Notes under the pieces: generated by a model | What the model was told of the DNA's origin: nothing | What the model saw: the letters and a program-made list of their open reading frames with translations, nothing else | The model's database searches: none | Origin: Tubulanus polymorphus | Taxonomy: Eukaryota; Animalia; Nemertea | Direction of reading: 5' to 3' | DNA length: 64,000 nucleotides | Assembly (NCBI RefSeq): GCF_964204645.1 | Contig: NC_134026.1 | Span: 15,162,150 to 15,226,149, forward strand | Position numbers and translations under genes: made by a program | Shown: positions 21,329-34,910 of the stretch, piece by piece | Position numbering within the stretch: the first letter of the stretch is position 1 | Layout: each line of letters starts with the position of its first letter

Positions 21329-24214
21329 GGCTTGCTAGCAGAAAATTCAAGATAACCGCAAGCTATCTCGCTTCAATGAATGATATGGCAACAGCAATTA
21401 TCATTGATCCGTATCTCAGATTAACAACCCACAAAATGTGCAATTCGTAAGTATAAATATTTTCATAAACTGAGTATCTTTTGTTTCTACTACAGATGTC
21501 GAGTACAAACTAACAGATTTGTATATCAATGTACATTTATGGCTCTTCATCTTTATTAGAAAATCTTTAACAGAGCAGGAAGCAGTTTTAGCTGGTAATG
21601 CGATTCACAGTTTTGTTCGTGTTGGAGATTATGATGCTTGTTATGAAACATTTGTAAATTTTGAAGTGGTCAACGCATTCCTTAAAACAAAAACCTGTGA
21701 TGAAGTTGAAGCTTTCAAGGATCACGTAAGGGTTTATGTATACCTAACGTTCGAATCGACCATATTCAGGGCTTCAAAATGGCATTTTTTATTTTTGCAT
21801 AGGATATATACATTTTAGAAGTTTGAGATAAAAGACCCAAAAAATCTGTTTATAATGAATTAATTTTCTGGTGACATTCCAAAAAGAATAATACAATGTA
21901 CCACATATTACGAACCAGAGATCCATTAACATTTTGACTAAGAATACGTACATAGACCTACATGATGAATTGATAGGCTCACGATGTATATGGATTGTAG
22001 TTTTCTATTTGTATATTTTAAATATTGCATTTACATTCCTATTCAATACTTGTTTACTTGCATTGTTTATTGAATTGTTTGTTCAGATGTTTCGTTATAT
22101 GAATATCTTCAATGAAGTATCTGGATTTACCATTGAAAAATGTAATCATTATTCAAAGGATGAGCATATGGGAGCTCATATTACTTCGACAAAGTATTGG
22201 TAAGTTGGCTACTATTTTAAAAGGTTTATGAAGAGGTTTCGGGTTTAGATCTCATTTTTTTTGTATAGAATGCTAACCATATGCGTCTATAGTATTTTCA
22301 TGAAAAAGATCACGATAAAAGCCCGTAGCTACGGGTTGCTTGTGATAGCGCGCTGAAATCAATGACGTCATTCTGAGAGCGCTTCTCTTGCAGCACACTC
22401 TGAGGCATTTTACATGTAATAGAATGTTCATTTTGTTGATTTGGCATATCTCAAAAACCTTTTCATGATCCTTTTAAGTTATGATTTCTTAAAAACTCTT
22501 CTTAATTTCACCAAGGAAATATGCTAGATTCTTTTAAAAAGCTTTTTGTTCCCTGCCCGGCGTTTAACTGATATTTTAGAGTATGATTTCCTCTGGGGAG
22601 AGGATGTACCGTAATTTTGGGTAATTGTACCTGATTTTGGGTTTCTAGGGTCGCATTTCAAGGTCTCCTCAACATTCTTCATAGCATTATTATTCCATTT
22701 CCCAATTGACCCAATTTCCATGCACTCCCTTTACTATAGTAAGGTTAACCCTGGGTACACTAATCATTTTTGGATACCCAAGGTCAGGGTATTCAGGAGT
22801 CATTTCCTACTGCTATCGTGGGGGACAAGATATGTAGTATCAAATTGCCGTTTTCGATGCCTTATAAAACGTGACCATTATGAAACCTAAACAATGTTAA
22901 CTATTCAGCGTTTTACAAACGACAACCGTAAATCGATGTGCAAAACGTCACAGGTTTATGTGTACACATACAAGCTTTGGTTATAGATTATAGACAAAGA
23001 TGTAGAATGTCTTCCTGTGATTATATAATGAGCTCTATTTGAATGTCGAAATATTATATTGCATTGAATATCATGAGAAGACGTATTGTAAAAGTAATGG
23101 ATGTATGATTATATCAGAAGCGGCAGGCGTAAATAGAAGTGATAAGTAATTCGGATTAGTTGGTCAAAATGGCGGATGTATACACGATGTGGAAGTCTGA
23201 TATAAAAGTAAGGGCCTGACATGGGGATGCTGGTGGAATGACGAAGCTATCTACGATCTGTGTAGGGCCGGCGTGAATTTTATCGTGGCTACAAGGGGTC
23301 TATATAAAAATTTGTAAACATATAATTTCAATATTCAAATGGTTTAGAAAATATGTTTGATATTAGGAATGTGCAGGTTTCAGGAGAACGATCCCAATTA
23401 GCAATTTATAATAGCATAGCTGTCGTATACGGCTCCACGTCCTCTGATGGCATAAAAACATTAAACCACTATTTACAATCGAAGACCTGTATCACCTACC
23501 CAATCGCCAAATCTTATAATCCCCCAAATTTCTTAAAAACTTCGGTTTCAAATTTGCAATCCCACATTAGCTTATCCCCAAAATTCTACATTTTTCGCAG
23601 ACATCAAATAATTTGTTAAAATTAATTTTCTTGTTTGTCTTTCGTTAAGGTCAAAAAATGATAAAATTAGGCCACTTGCATCACTAAATGTTGATATTGA
23701 TCCAGACGAAGAGGAAACACTGCTGAAACCGGGCATCAATGACTTCAGCATTGTTTATTCGTGTAGAAAGAAGGTATCTCAACTATGGCTGGGACCAGCA
23801 TCATTCGTAAACCATGACTGCAATCCTAACTGCAAAGTAAGTACAGTATATATCTTTGACACACTCTCATATCTTCATTTTTAAAATAGTTAATTTATGC
23901 ACAGTGTCTTATTTTTCCATTTGTCATTCAGTATTTTAAGGATGAATCTGATAGTACTTGTGTTGAAGTTATCACTACCATTGTACCGGGTGAGGAGATA
24001 ACGTGTTATTATGGAGAGGATTTCTTTGGAAAAAATAACTGCGACTGTGAGTGTGTCACTTGTGAAAGGTGAGTAGTTTTGGTGCCTTATTTATGATTAT
24101 TAGTTATTAATTTCAATTGACATCTTACATCATTTGATCACGATTTTTTTTGTTCCAGTAAGCAAAATGGTGCATTTTCTCAACGATCTTCCTCAACAAA
24201 AGACCAAAATCACG
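21329..24214 (+). CDS. Suv4-20: Divergent Suv4-20/KMT5B-C-like H4K20 methyltransferase SET domain. Exons 21329-21446, 21560-21725, 22087-22199, 23650-23836, 23932-24068, 24159-24214; start exon not found and downstream exons disrupted
   Basis: GT-AG exons splice in phase with no stop: [20 protein letters not shown]...[24 protein letters not shown]...KYW/SKNDKI...[34 protein letters not shown]...[34 protein letters not shown]. This is colinear with recalled SUV420H1 sequence. Confidence 0.9.
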
Positions 24215-24968
24215 GTACATATCTAAAAGAATTGTGTTAAAGGATTTTCAAATGAAATAATTTCCTGTATTCAACTAATGCCTTAATATTTGACTCAAAC
24301 CATTTATTTTAGATCTCCTGCTTTTAGCCCACCTGGGACTCATGTCCCATCGGGCTATTTGTGTTCACTTTTCAGAATCAAGATGGCCGACTGGCGGCCA
24401 TTGTTATTCGACAGAATCAGCACTTTTTACATCAGCATTTTTGAAGTTTTCAAGGAAAATTTTAAAAACGCTTAGATCAGTTATCTTCATATCTCATATT
24501 TATTTTTATCCTCCAAGGCCCATCAGTATCAGAAAAATTGGGTCGATCGGACTCAAGACTGCCACCCAGTGACCTTTTTTGTGCCCAAAAAGATCAATTT
24601 TGGCCTGAATTCTGAGACCTGTAGCTTCCTAATGCTTTGCCATTTTTCATTGATATTCGTGATCGGCATTCTTTGGAGAGGGATCATTAGCAGATCAGAC
24701 GGGTTTTGTGATCACGCAATTGGCGGCAATCTTAGTGTCATCAGTCCTCATTCATAGGTGGAAAAAGGTTTTTTGAGGAAAATGTCAACTGGTTTTAATT
24801 TATAGTCTTGATATTTGATTATTATTAGCACTGTCATAGGATACAACTCCTCACATGGAATTGGATCAGCCAAATTTTTGTTCTTGCCACCAGGGGGAGA
24901 TTAATATTGAAATATAGCTGCAAAGCAGCGATAACGGGTTTTCTGCACAGTCTTAGAATCCTGTTCAA

Positions 24969-25205
24969 CGGTGGATTTTGACGAAGCATTTGATAAGGCA
25001 CAACATCAGCCATTACTTAACAGGCTATTAGGAAACAGTTTCAATGATAGGTTGCGCAAATGGCTCAGCAGTTATCTCTGAACGAAAACTTGTAGCTGAT
25101 ATCAACGGAACGCCTCATCTTGGAATAAGTCGGTCAAACTAGTGGAGTCACGCAAGGTAGTATCCTAAGTTGTCTTCTGTTTATTGTCCTGGCAAATGGC
25201 ATACA
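24969..25205 (+). pseudogene. Decayed CR1/L2-type reverse transcriptase fragment captured in the family-2 HINE (second copy at ~45735-45975, minus strand)
   Basis: VDFDEAFDKAQHQPLLNRL...WLSSYL...ING...SGVTQGSILSCLLFIVLAN, with frameshifts, matches the DFxKAFD...SGVPQGSxLGPLLF RT motifs. Confidence 0.8.
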
Positions 25206-26246
25206 CAGTAATCCAACATATACCAGACCGAGTAAATTTCCAAATCGACCTTAACACGCTGTTCGACCAAAAAACTTAATGTTCCAACAAGAAAATCTTG
25301 TTCGAATGAAAATAATTCTGTTTGATCGAACAATACGCTTTTTGCTTGAACCAAAAATTTTCTTCATTCTGACAAAAAATGTGTTCGAATAAAAAGCTAT
25401 GTTATTGTTGAAATGAAAAAAAATTTGGTTGAGCGAAAACAATTTTTTTCGAACGAATGTTTGAATGAAAACAATTCTGTTCGATTGAACGAAATACTTA
25501 ATACTTTCGGTTCGGAGAAAAAACTTTTTTCAATATACTTGTTCGAACGAAAAACTTAATGTTCTGACAAGAAAATTCTGAATCTGTTCAAATTAAAACG
25601 ATTCTGTTCAATTGAATGATTGTTCGAACGAAAAACCTTTCGTTTGGACAGAAAAAAGTTTGTTCAACTTTGTTCTAACGATTTTTTCAAATTGGTTCAA
25701 TTGTATAGAATATTATTGGTTCGAACGAAATAAATTTTGTTCCGACGAAAGAATTTTCAAGCGAAAGGTCTTTTGAACGAAAAAAAGATATTTCTGGTAC
25801 TCCGCAGTAACTTAAAGCCAGACGTAGGTTGTTCTTGTGACACGATGCGATCCTCGCGTTGCATCGCAAGTTTCGATGCAAGTCACTTGCAATACGATTG
25901 TGTGCGACTAGTTTCTGCCAGTCGCAAGAGCGCGTCGGTTGGTTGTGACAGTCGTGTCGCGTCGCAGAAAGTAGAACACGTACGACTCCATGTGACTGGC
26001 GTTGTTGAAAGATGAGGACTGAGTTTCAAGTCGTCAAAACATCACGATATGTCGACATATTCATGTCGAATTGATGCGATATATCGACATAAATATGGCG
26101 ACTTGTCGAGTTGGAACGCAACAAGTCGAGGCCCTTTATCGCTTCCGTAGATCTTTCATTAAGTAGGATCACTTGAATGATCGCTTTAATATCACTTTTA
26201 AAAAAAAGGGATCTGCCAAAATGACCTTAATATTCGACACTATATC

Positions 26247-26660
26247 TACGGAAGCGATAAGGGGCCTCGAGATGACGCGTTCCAACTCGACAAGTCGCCA
26301 TATTATTGTCGACTTGACGCGATATATCGCGTCAAGTCGACATGAATGTCGATATATCGTGACGTTTTGACGACATATTTCGTTTTCTCAACCATTTTCC
26401 TCGCGACAAGTCGACATATTCATGACGACTTGAAACTCAGTCGTCATATTACTGGCGTCCTCATCTTACATTTAGACATGTCTTCAAATGACGGCTTGTC
26501 CCGTGGAAAATGAGCAAATAAGCGAAATTTGTCGTGAAAACGTCACGATATGTAGACATATTCATGTGGACTTGACACGATATATCGCGATATATCGACA
26601 TAAATATGGCGACTTGTCGAGTTTGAACGCGACAACTCGAGGCCCTTTATCGCTTCCGTA
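26247..26660. mobile_element. MITE (414 bp) with TIR TACGGAAGCGATAA(G/A)GGGCCTC and 7-bp TSD CTATATC; partial second copy at 26015-26149
   Basis: Long inverted arms. ctatatc occurs at 26240-26246 and 26661-26667. The element is absent from the other family-2 HINE copy. Confidence 0.85.
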
Positions 26661-26749
26661 CTATATCAGATTAATCGACTTAAATAGGCGAAAGCATAAG
26701 TCTTTATTACGTTATTAATTGGCCTAATTATTCAAAAGCTAATAATGTA

Positions 26750-29090
26750 GGCGACAAAACCAAAAAAATTAATTGTCGCGGGCGATAAAACCAAAATAAT
26801 CAATTGTCGCGGGCGATAAAACCAAAATAATCAATTGTCGCTGGCGATAAAACCAAAATATTCAACTGTCGCGGGCGACAAAACCAAAAAAATGAATTGT
26901 CGCGGGGGATAAATCCAAAATAATGAATTGTCGCGGGCGACAAATCCAAAATCATGAATTGTCGCGGGTGACAAAAACAAAATATTCAATTGTCGCAGGC
27001 GACAAAACCAAACTAATGAATTGTCGCGGGCGATAAAACCAAAATAATGAATTGTCGCAGGCGATAAAACCAAAATATTGAAGTGTCGCAGGCAATAAAA
27101 CCAAATTAATGAATTGTCGCGGGCGATAAAACCAAAATAATGAATTGTCGCCGGCGATAAAACCAAAATATTGAATTGTCGTGGGCGACAAAACCAAAAT
27201 ATTGTTTTGTCGCGGGTGACAAAACCAAATTAATGAATCGTCGAGGGCGATAAAACCAAAATAATGAATTGTCGCGGGCGATAAAACCAAAATAATGAAT
27301 TGTCGCTGGCGATAAAACCAAAATATTGAATTGTCGCGGGCGACAAATCCAAAATCATGAATTGTCGCAGGCGACAAAAACAAAATATTCAATTGTCGCG
27401 GGCGACAAAACCAAACTAATGAATTGTCGCGGGCGATAAAACCAAAATAATGAATTGTCGCAGGCGATAAAACCAAAATATTGAAGTGTCGCAGGCGATA
27501 AAACCGCGACAAAAAGAAAAAAAATTGTCGCGGGCGATAAAACCAAAATAATGAATTGTCGCGGGCGATAAAACCAAAATATTGAATTGTCGTGGGCGAC
27601 AAAACCAAAATATTGTTTTGTCGCGGGTGACAAAACCAAATTAATGAATTGTCGCGGGCGATAAAACCAAAATAATCAATTGTCGCGGGCGATAAAACCA
27701 AAATAATGAATTGTCGCTGGCGATAAAACCAAAATATTGAATTGTCGCGGGCGACAAATCCAAAATCATGAATTGTCGCGGGCGACAAAAACAAAATATT
27801 CAATTGTCGCGGGCGACAAAACCAAACTAATGAATTGTCGCGGGCGATAAAACCAAAATAATGAATTGTCGCAGGCGATAAAACCAAAATATTGAAGTGT
27901 CGCAGGCGATAAAACCGCGACAAAAAGAAAAAAAAATTGTCGCGGGCGATAAAACAAAAATCTTGAATTGTCGCTATTGTCGCGTGCGACAAAACCAAAA
28001 TAATGAATTGTCGCGGGCGATAAAACCAAAATAATGAATTGTCGCGGGCGATAAAACCAAAATATTGAATTGTCGAGGGCGACAAAACCAAAATATTGTT
28101 TTGTCGTGGGTGATAAAACCAAATTTATGAATTGTCCCGGGCGATAAAACCAAAATAATGAATTGTCGCTGGCGATAAAACCAAAATATTGAATTGTCGC
28201 GGGCGACAAATCCAAAATCATGAATTGTCGCGGGCGACAAAAACAAAATATTCAATTGTCGCGGGCGACAAAACCAAACTAATGAATTGTCGCTGGCAAT
28301 AAAACCAAAATAATGAATTGTCGCAGGCAATAAAACCAAAATAATGAATTGTCGCAGGCGATAAAACCAAAATATTGAAGTGTCGCAGGCGATAAAACCG
28401 CGACAAAAAGAAAAAAAAATTGTCGCGGGCGATTAAACCAAAATAATGAATTGTCGCGGGCGATAAAACCAAATATTGAATTGTCGTGGGCGACAAATCC
28501 AAAAAATGAATTGTCGCGGGCGATAAAACCAAAATCTTGAATTGTCGCTATTGTCGCGTGCGACAAAACCAAAATAATGAATTGTCGCGGGCGATAAAAC
28601 CAAAATAATGAATTGTCGCGGGCGATAAAACCAAAATATTGAATTGTCGAGGGCGACAAAACCAAAATATTGTTTTGTCGTGGGTGATAAAACCAAATTA
28701 ATGAATTGTCCCGGGCGATTAAAAACAAAATAATGAATTGTCGTGGGCGACAAAACCAAAATATTGTTTTGTCGCGGGTGACAAAACCAAATTAATGAAT
28801 TGTCGCGGGCGATAAAACCAAAATAATGAATTGTCGCGGGCGATAAAACCAAAATAATAAATTGTCGCTGGCGATAAAACCAAAATATTGAATTGTCGTG
28901 GGCGACAAATCCAAAAGATGAATTGTCGCGGCAGAAAAACCAAAATCTTGAATTGTCGCGGGTGACAAAACCAAATTAATGAATTGTCGCGGGCGATGAA
29001 ACCAAAATAATGAATTGTCGCGGGCGATAAAACCAAAATAATGAATTGTCGCGGGCGACTAAAACCAAAATTATTGATTTGTCGCGTTAT
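26750..29090. repeat. 31-bp minisatellite AATTGTCGCGGGCGA(T/C)AAAACCAAAATAATG with higher-order blocks
   Basis: Visible array. Variant units recur at ~400-450 bp spacing (e.g. ~26937, ~27340, ~27751, ~28203). Confidence 0.97.
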
Positions 29091-31470
29091 TTTAGTTTTG
29101 TCGTTTTGTCATAATGTCGCCCTCATTTGCATATACGTGTTTTTTTTACGCATGGCCCTTATCAGCCACCATACTAAAGCCTTAAGGTCGCGTATCGAGT
29201 TTTACGGTAAAACTCGATAAACACTTCAAGCGACACAGCGAACGATCTCCTTTCCCCCACAGCGAAAGCTTAACCTAGTAGAGGCTACTAGCCTATGTAG
29301 GCCTATGTATATGCGTAGGCCTAACATCCGGACAGATTGGTCTTAGGCCTATTGAATTTAACAACTCACCTAAATATCTTTTTTTTAAATAATTAATTTT
29401 GTTTTGAAGTTCAATCCAATGAGTCCGTTAATAAACGCAACAATTGTACTGTGTTTGTTTGATACAGTAAAGCTCAGTACCGGTAGGCCTTAAGCCGCGT
29501 CAAACTCGATAAACACTTCAAGCGACACAGCGAACGATCCCTTTCCCCACAGCGAACGCTTACTCCGAATGTCAAGTGTGAGTCCAGCATACGGAAAGGA
29601 TTGTGTTATATACTTGTATTTAGTAAATACCTTGTGGATTTGACAATGATCGGTATGTACTGTAGGAAATAGGCCTATAGAGTATTGATAAATGGTTGAA
29701 GCCCGCGGCCGAATAAAGTAATATATTCTTTTATTTTGATACCTCGTCGACATAACAGCTTTTCTCCGCCATATCTCTTCGGCCTGTTTAGTTTAGGCCT
29801 ACGATTCCCCGGTACACTAAAGATTTATCTTAGTAAATACACGGTTAATTCGGTAAAGAAAAATTGGTATTGTTAAACGAACTCCTTGAAACCCGCAGCC
29901 AAATCACTGGTAGTAATAAATTAATTTGTCCTCGATTTGATTCTCATGATGAGGAGAAACTCGCAGCTCATCCCCGGAACGTCGATGTAGTAACACACGT
30001 CGATTCGTCGATGTTTACGGCTCGACAGTGCTTTTAAAATCTAAAGTAGTAAATTTCCAGTGTATCGGTAATATGATTTGATGAGGAAAATGGGCTATTG
30101 TAAAAATCACTGTTTGAAGACCGCGACTGAATTTGAAGTCTGCACCAATAAATTAGTTCATTTATACTTGAATTGATAATCGAAGTGACAGTCGGCCTGC
30201 GGGTTGATTTCGGGATGATGACTCGAAAAACATGTCGCCCCATTGAATGGGGCTAAATTTTCGATGTTTACGGCCCGACAGCGCTTTCGTAACGATGATT
30301 CGTGAAAAAACACGCGGGCTATTTGTAGATCTCAGTAAGCTGAACGATATTATATGGATTGTATATGAAACAGCGGTAAGGTAACAAAGCCTATGTTCTT
30401 TTGGTAAAAATAGTGTGGAAGAAAATAATAATAATAATAATCACGCGGATATCAATAGGGTTTTCTGTGAAATAACAGAAAACCCTAATTATGTATAATT
30501 TGAATATATTTATATTTTATAACAACAATCACTTGCAAAATTGTAGCTCATGACATGCTCTATGATTGTGCTGAATTAATGTTATTGGTTATTGTATATG
30601 GTCACCAGGGGGCGTTGATTGGGTTAATTACTTATTATTTCAATATTACATCGGTACCTAAGGCATATTTTGTTACCACAATCAATTGCAAAATTGTAGC
30701 TCATGACATGTTCTATACATTTGGTTTCAGGGTCATTGGTTTTTTATAGTCACCAGAGGTCGTTGAATAGCCGAATAACTTAGTGTTTCCTTATTACATT
30801 GGTATCGATACATATTTTGTTACCGCAATCAATTGCACAATTGTAGCTCATTGTGTTTGGTTTCTGTATGTGTTCACCAGGGGGTTAATATTGAAAATGT
30901 CAGATTGTTGTGCATTTCAAATCACTTCCAAGTGGGTATGGTATCCCTAGACCCCTAGTTCTCATTTATTGATACCTATCAATTGTTCTGTTTTATTCAA
31001 ATCTTAGTATCAACTTTGGAAAACGATAGACAAAAGCTAAAGGTAAAATCTTTAAGTCAATTGCTTTATAATAATGTTTTATCCCATCACCTCAACTGTC
31101 TAGGATTCCTATACATTAATTCTATGTTACTAGCCTTCTGTAAAGAATTTCTGATGCATTTACAAATTATCCAAACGTATTTTCTTTAAAAATTCAGTAC
31201 TGTATCAATTCCAATAAAGGTGCTTTTATACATAAAGCGCCCCTAGGAAATTTCAGTTTAAAAACTTACTGAAAAGGTGTCTCAGAAAATGAAAATTGTT
31301 TAACTTATTAAATGTGAAATGTGAATATCAATTATTTAGAAGAGTGAGGATAATGGAATGTTACATCGAAACCAACAAAATGATGTGCTTGATGGTGGTG
31401 GTGAAGATGGTCGTGCTGGCTGGTGGTGATGATGGTCCTGGTGTTGATTTTGGTTGTAGAGATGGGTGTG

Positions 31471-31740
31471 ATGATGGAGATGTTGGTAATGGTAATGATG
31501 GAGATGTTGGTAATGGTAATGATGGAGATGTTGGTAATGGTGATGATGGAGATGTTGGTAATGGTGATGATGGAGATGTCGGTAATGGTGATGATGGAGA
31601 TGTTGGTAATGGTAATGATGGAGATGTTGGTAATGGTGATGATGGAGATGTCGGTTATGGTAATGATGGAGATGTTGGTAATGGTAATGATGGAGATGTT
31701 GGTAATGGTGATGATGGAGATGTTGGTAATGGTGATGATG
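31471..31740 (+). repeat. 24-bp minisatellite reading (DGDVGNG[D/N])n, possibly within a decayed exon ~31340-31793
   Basis: About 11 copies of gatggagatgttggtaatggt(g/a)at, with ttAG upstream and aag|GTGAAT downstream. Confidence 0.85.
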
Positions 31741-34119
31741 ATGTTAGTTCAACGGATAAGATTGACTTCGTTTGTAAAATGAGTATCGAAAAGGTGAATT
31801 GACATTTACGTATCATAGTTGACAAAAAAAATGTGAAAAAATGGGAGCTTATTAAGCAAAAGTTAATACAGTAGGAGATTATACAGTAAAACCTCTATAG
31901 TGAATGCCTGTGGGACCGAGCATTAATTGTTTATCATTGTATTTTTGTATCCCGAGGGCCAATTGTCAACATATGAAAAGTTTTGTCAATCGGACACCAC
32001 AAGATGGCCATCCTAGGTCATTTTTTGGCCTGAATTCTGAGGACCTGTAACTTCCTAATGGATTTCCATTTTTCTTTGAAATTCATGGTGGGTAAACTTC
32101 TGAGAGGGATCTTGAACATATCAGAGAGTTTATAATGCAATCAGTAGCGATCTTAACTTCCCATAGTGATCCCTAGTTTAATTTCATGTCTCTTAATGTC
32201 ATCTTTTTAATCTGACAATGAAATTTTGTCTCCAGCATTGCGTTTAGATTTTGCAATATGGGCAATTTCTATGTTGCTCTTTTCAATATAAGTATCCAAT
32301 TTCAATGTGAATTTTAAGCGACTTTGTTTTAGTTTGTTCAAATTTCAGAAAATTCCAGTTTTCAAGGTTCCCCAGAAAATGAAAAATGTTTAATTCTTAA
32401 AATGTGAATGATAATGAGATTCTATCCATTATTTAGATCTTACATATTATGGATAAGAAGAAAGATTGATGGTATATTGGCAAGATGACATTAAGCAAAA
32501 TTCTTTGCGCTTTTAGGAAATGAACAAAAATTTCTCTTCCAGCACAAATGTGTTAGTTGAACTTCCATGATTTGAAATTGGGCTGATGCTATGTTTATTT
32601 AAGGAGCATTTATTTTCAGCCCAGATGGCCGTCCTATTGCCTATTGCGCCCTTAAATGTCATTCTGACCTGAATTTCTGTTCCTTAGCTTATTAATTAAC
32701 AGCGTGCCATTGGTTAAAACTGACTAATCTTACATATTATGGATAAGAAGAAAGATTGATGGTATATTGGCAAGATGACAAAAAAATTAAGAGCTCAAAA
32801 ATAGTTGCATAATTTATTTTACAGAAATTGATGGCACGACTGATGTTGAGGATGTCACAGCGAAGAAATATAAATCCCCTATTTTGGAGGTTGATTTCCG
32901 AGAATTCCGTTATGACAATAATTCACTCCTAGAAAAGGGTACGAATTCATTGAATATTCGCTCAATAAGTTAGATAGTAACCAAAACGTAATAAATATCT
33001 TCTAGATGTTCCTGTGTATGCATCTATTTTTCCCACAAATCTAGAATCGATACATCAGTCCACATATCTTAGAATGAACAATGACTATGAACATCGATGA
33101 AAAATCCATTACGGACAGATGACAAGTTAGTTGTCAGCCAAAGTTAGAAGTCTTTTAGCACAATTATTTCCTCGTTTAGGAAGTGAACAAATATTTCTAT
33201 CAACACAAATGTCATCCTTTACATTAGAGTATAATGCCTAATTTGAAATTGGGCTGATCCTGTGGTTGAACCCTAGCTTATTTTGGGAGCATTCTTTTTC
33301 AGCCTAGTTGACCATCCTATGAGCCTGCCTTTTGTGCCCATTAGTCATTTTGGCCTGAATTTCAAGACCTGTAGTTTGTTTTTATTAAAATACTTTGGAT
33401 TTACTTTAGGAACGGATCAGATATCAGAGAGTCTCAATTCTCAATCAAATTCTCAATTCTCAGAACGGATCAGGTTTTTTGTACATTCATTTTTTATGCA
33501 AGTGCAGCCATCTCATCCATAACGAGAGAAATCCCACAATAAATAATTATTTATTGTGGAATTTCTCTCGTTATACTTCATACACGGATATTGTGTATTT
33601 TCTCGTCTCATCATCTCATCCATAGTCTTCATGCATGTGAAAAAGTGTTGTAGTCTTGAAATATGGTGATTGTTGAGCACTGTCATGTCATAGGAAACAT
33701 CTCCTTACGTGGATTTGGGGTAACCCAGTTTTTTGTTGTTGCCATGAAGGAAGCTTATTATTGAATTATATACAATTTTTCATTCATATTGTTGCCTACA
33801 TTCATTTTGTCACCACATTCAATTGTAATTTTGTATAGGTCATGACATCCAGTATAACTGTGGTGATTTTCATGATCATCGATTTATAAATGTGTTCAAT
33901 GGATATCTAGTATTGAAAGTGTCGGATTGTCTAGTATTCAAGAATTTTATTTAATTTTACTATCAACACACAGAAACAAGTTGGTTGAATTACCAATATA
34001 ATCTTAATGATCCTGACAAATTTCAGATCGAAAAAACCAAAGCTGTAGATCAGGAAATCAACCTCGTAATCGCACTGATAAGCAATTTGAAAATCTCAAT
34101 CAAACTTGCTTTAAAAGTA

Positions 34120-34910
34120 AAAGATGCGTCAAAGAAGTCTGTCCCATTAGTAACATCAGGGTGGCTAAAATACCCCGTCATTTAAGAACTGTACATGGAT
34201 TGCCAGATGTAAAAGCAAAAAACTGGAGGTTTGTAGAAATAAAAAACCTGGTTCCTTGTAACTTACAGGATTTGGTAGTTCCATATGTACCAGATGTACT
34301 AGCACGTCCACTCCGATGCAGTACTGGCAATCTTTTGTCATCACATCCCTACTGTCTTAAAACATTTGGCAGACGATGCTTCCAATCTATTGCCTCAACT
34401 TTGTGGAACTCTTTGGATTCAGAGATTCAGCAAATTGATGATCTGAACACATTTGAAACTTTCCAGAAAAGCATATGGACTTTAGCAGTTTTTCACTACC
34501 GTTAAAGCACTGGTGAACATTATTTTTGAATGAAACAGGCGCTGTATAAATGTATATATTATTATTATTATTATTGTTATATAAATTCATATCCTACCAA
34601 AGGTGTACCGGGTATTCTCGTGATTAGAAAACTTTGTTGGTGATTTACCTACCTAACTGAACTAGCGTGAAATGAAAAGCAACAATTATTGCACAGGATA
34701 TTTGGTTAAGATTTACTTAAAAAAATACAAATCATATTTATGCAAACACTGTTGTAAACCTATATTTAAATTCAATCTTCCAGGGAGTATTTTAAGATTG
34801 GTAGAAAAGTAAGATCGGACAGTAAAAATGTAAAGAAAAGGCCCAGGAAGAAATGTGATATTTGTAGTGTGGTAGTATTTAGGTTGGACAGGCATGTGTG
34901 TTCTGGTAGG
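34120..34910 (+). pseudogene. Decayed CxxC...RH zinc-finger-like coding segments downstream of the SET exons
   Basis: VCPISNIRVAKIPRHLRTVHGL (~34136-34205), YLCKHCCKP (~34735) and KRPRKKCDICSVVVFRLDRHVCS|GT (~34835-34905), separated by stops and an L2 insertion. Confidence 0.5.
34247..34580 (+). mobile_element. L2/CR1-group LINE 3' end fragment
   Basis: PYVP..RPLRCS..LL...KTFGRRCF..IASTLWNSL..EIQ C-terminal motif, then a short UTR ending gcgctgtataaat and an (ATT)n tail. Confidence 0.8.

Larger units (their letters stand above)
24910..30489 (-). mobile_element. Family-2 HINE (reverse copy) carrying a 31-bp satellite, a MITE and a captured RT fragment
   Basis: Reverse complement of 42001-46030 over several kb. 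Termini are attagggttttctg...cagaaaaccct and cagaaaacccgttatc-gctgctttgcagc-tatattt. Confidence 0.85.
24322..30960 (+). mobile_element. Family-1 HINE inserted into the next Suv4-20-like exon and split by a nested family-2 HINE
   Basis: 5' ttttagcccacctgggact at 24322 lies 9 nt after the acceptor at 24312. The body resumes at ~30490 and ends aagtgggtatggtatccctagacccCTAGTT at 30960. Confidence 0.8.

Noticed and set aside
26750-29090. CRISPR-like array, or long ORFs in the 31-bp repeat (also 43331-45215)
   Set aside because: There are no unique spacers and no cas genes, and the context is eukaryotic. The ORFs in all three frames are artefacts of a stop-poor repeat strand.
29490-30243. ORFs conserved between 29490-30243 and 42251-42977
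   Set aside because: They are shared only because both lie in recent copies of the same HINE. They are short and have no domain signatures.
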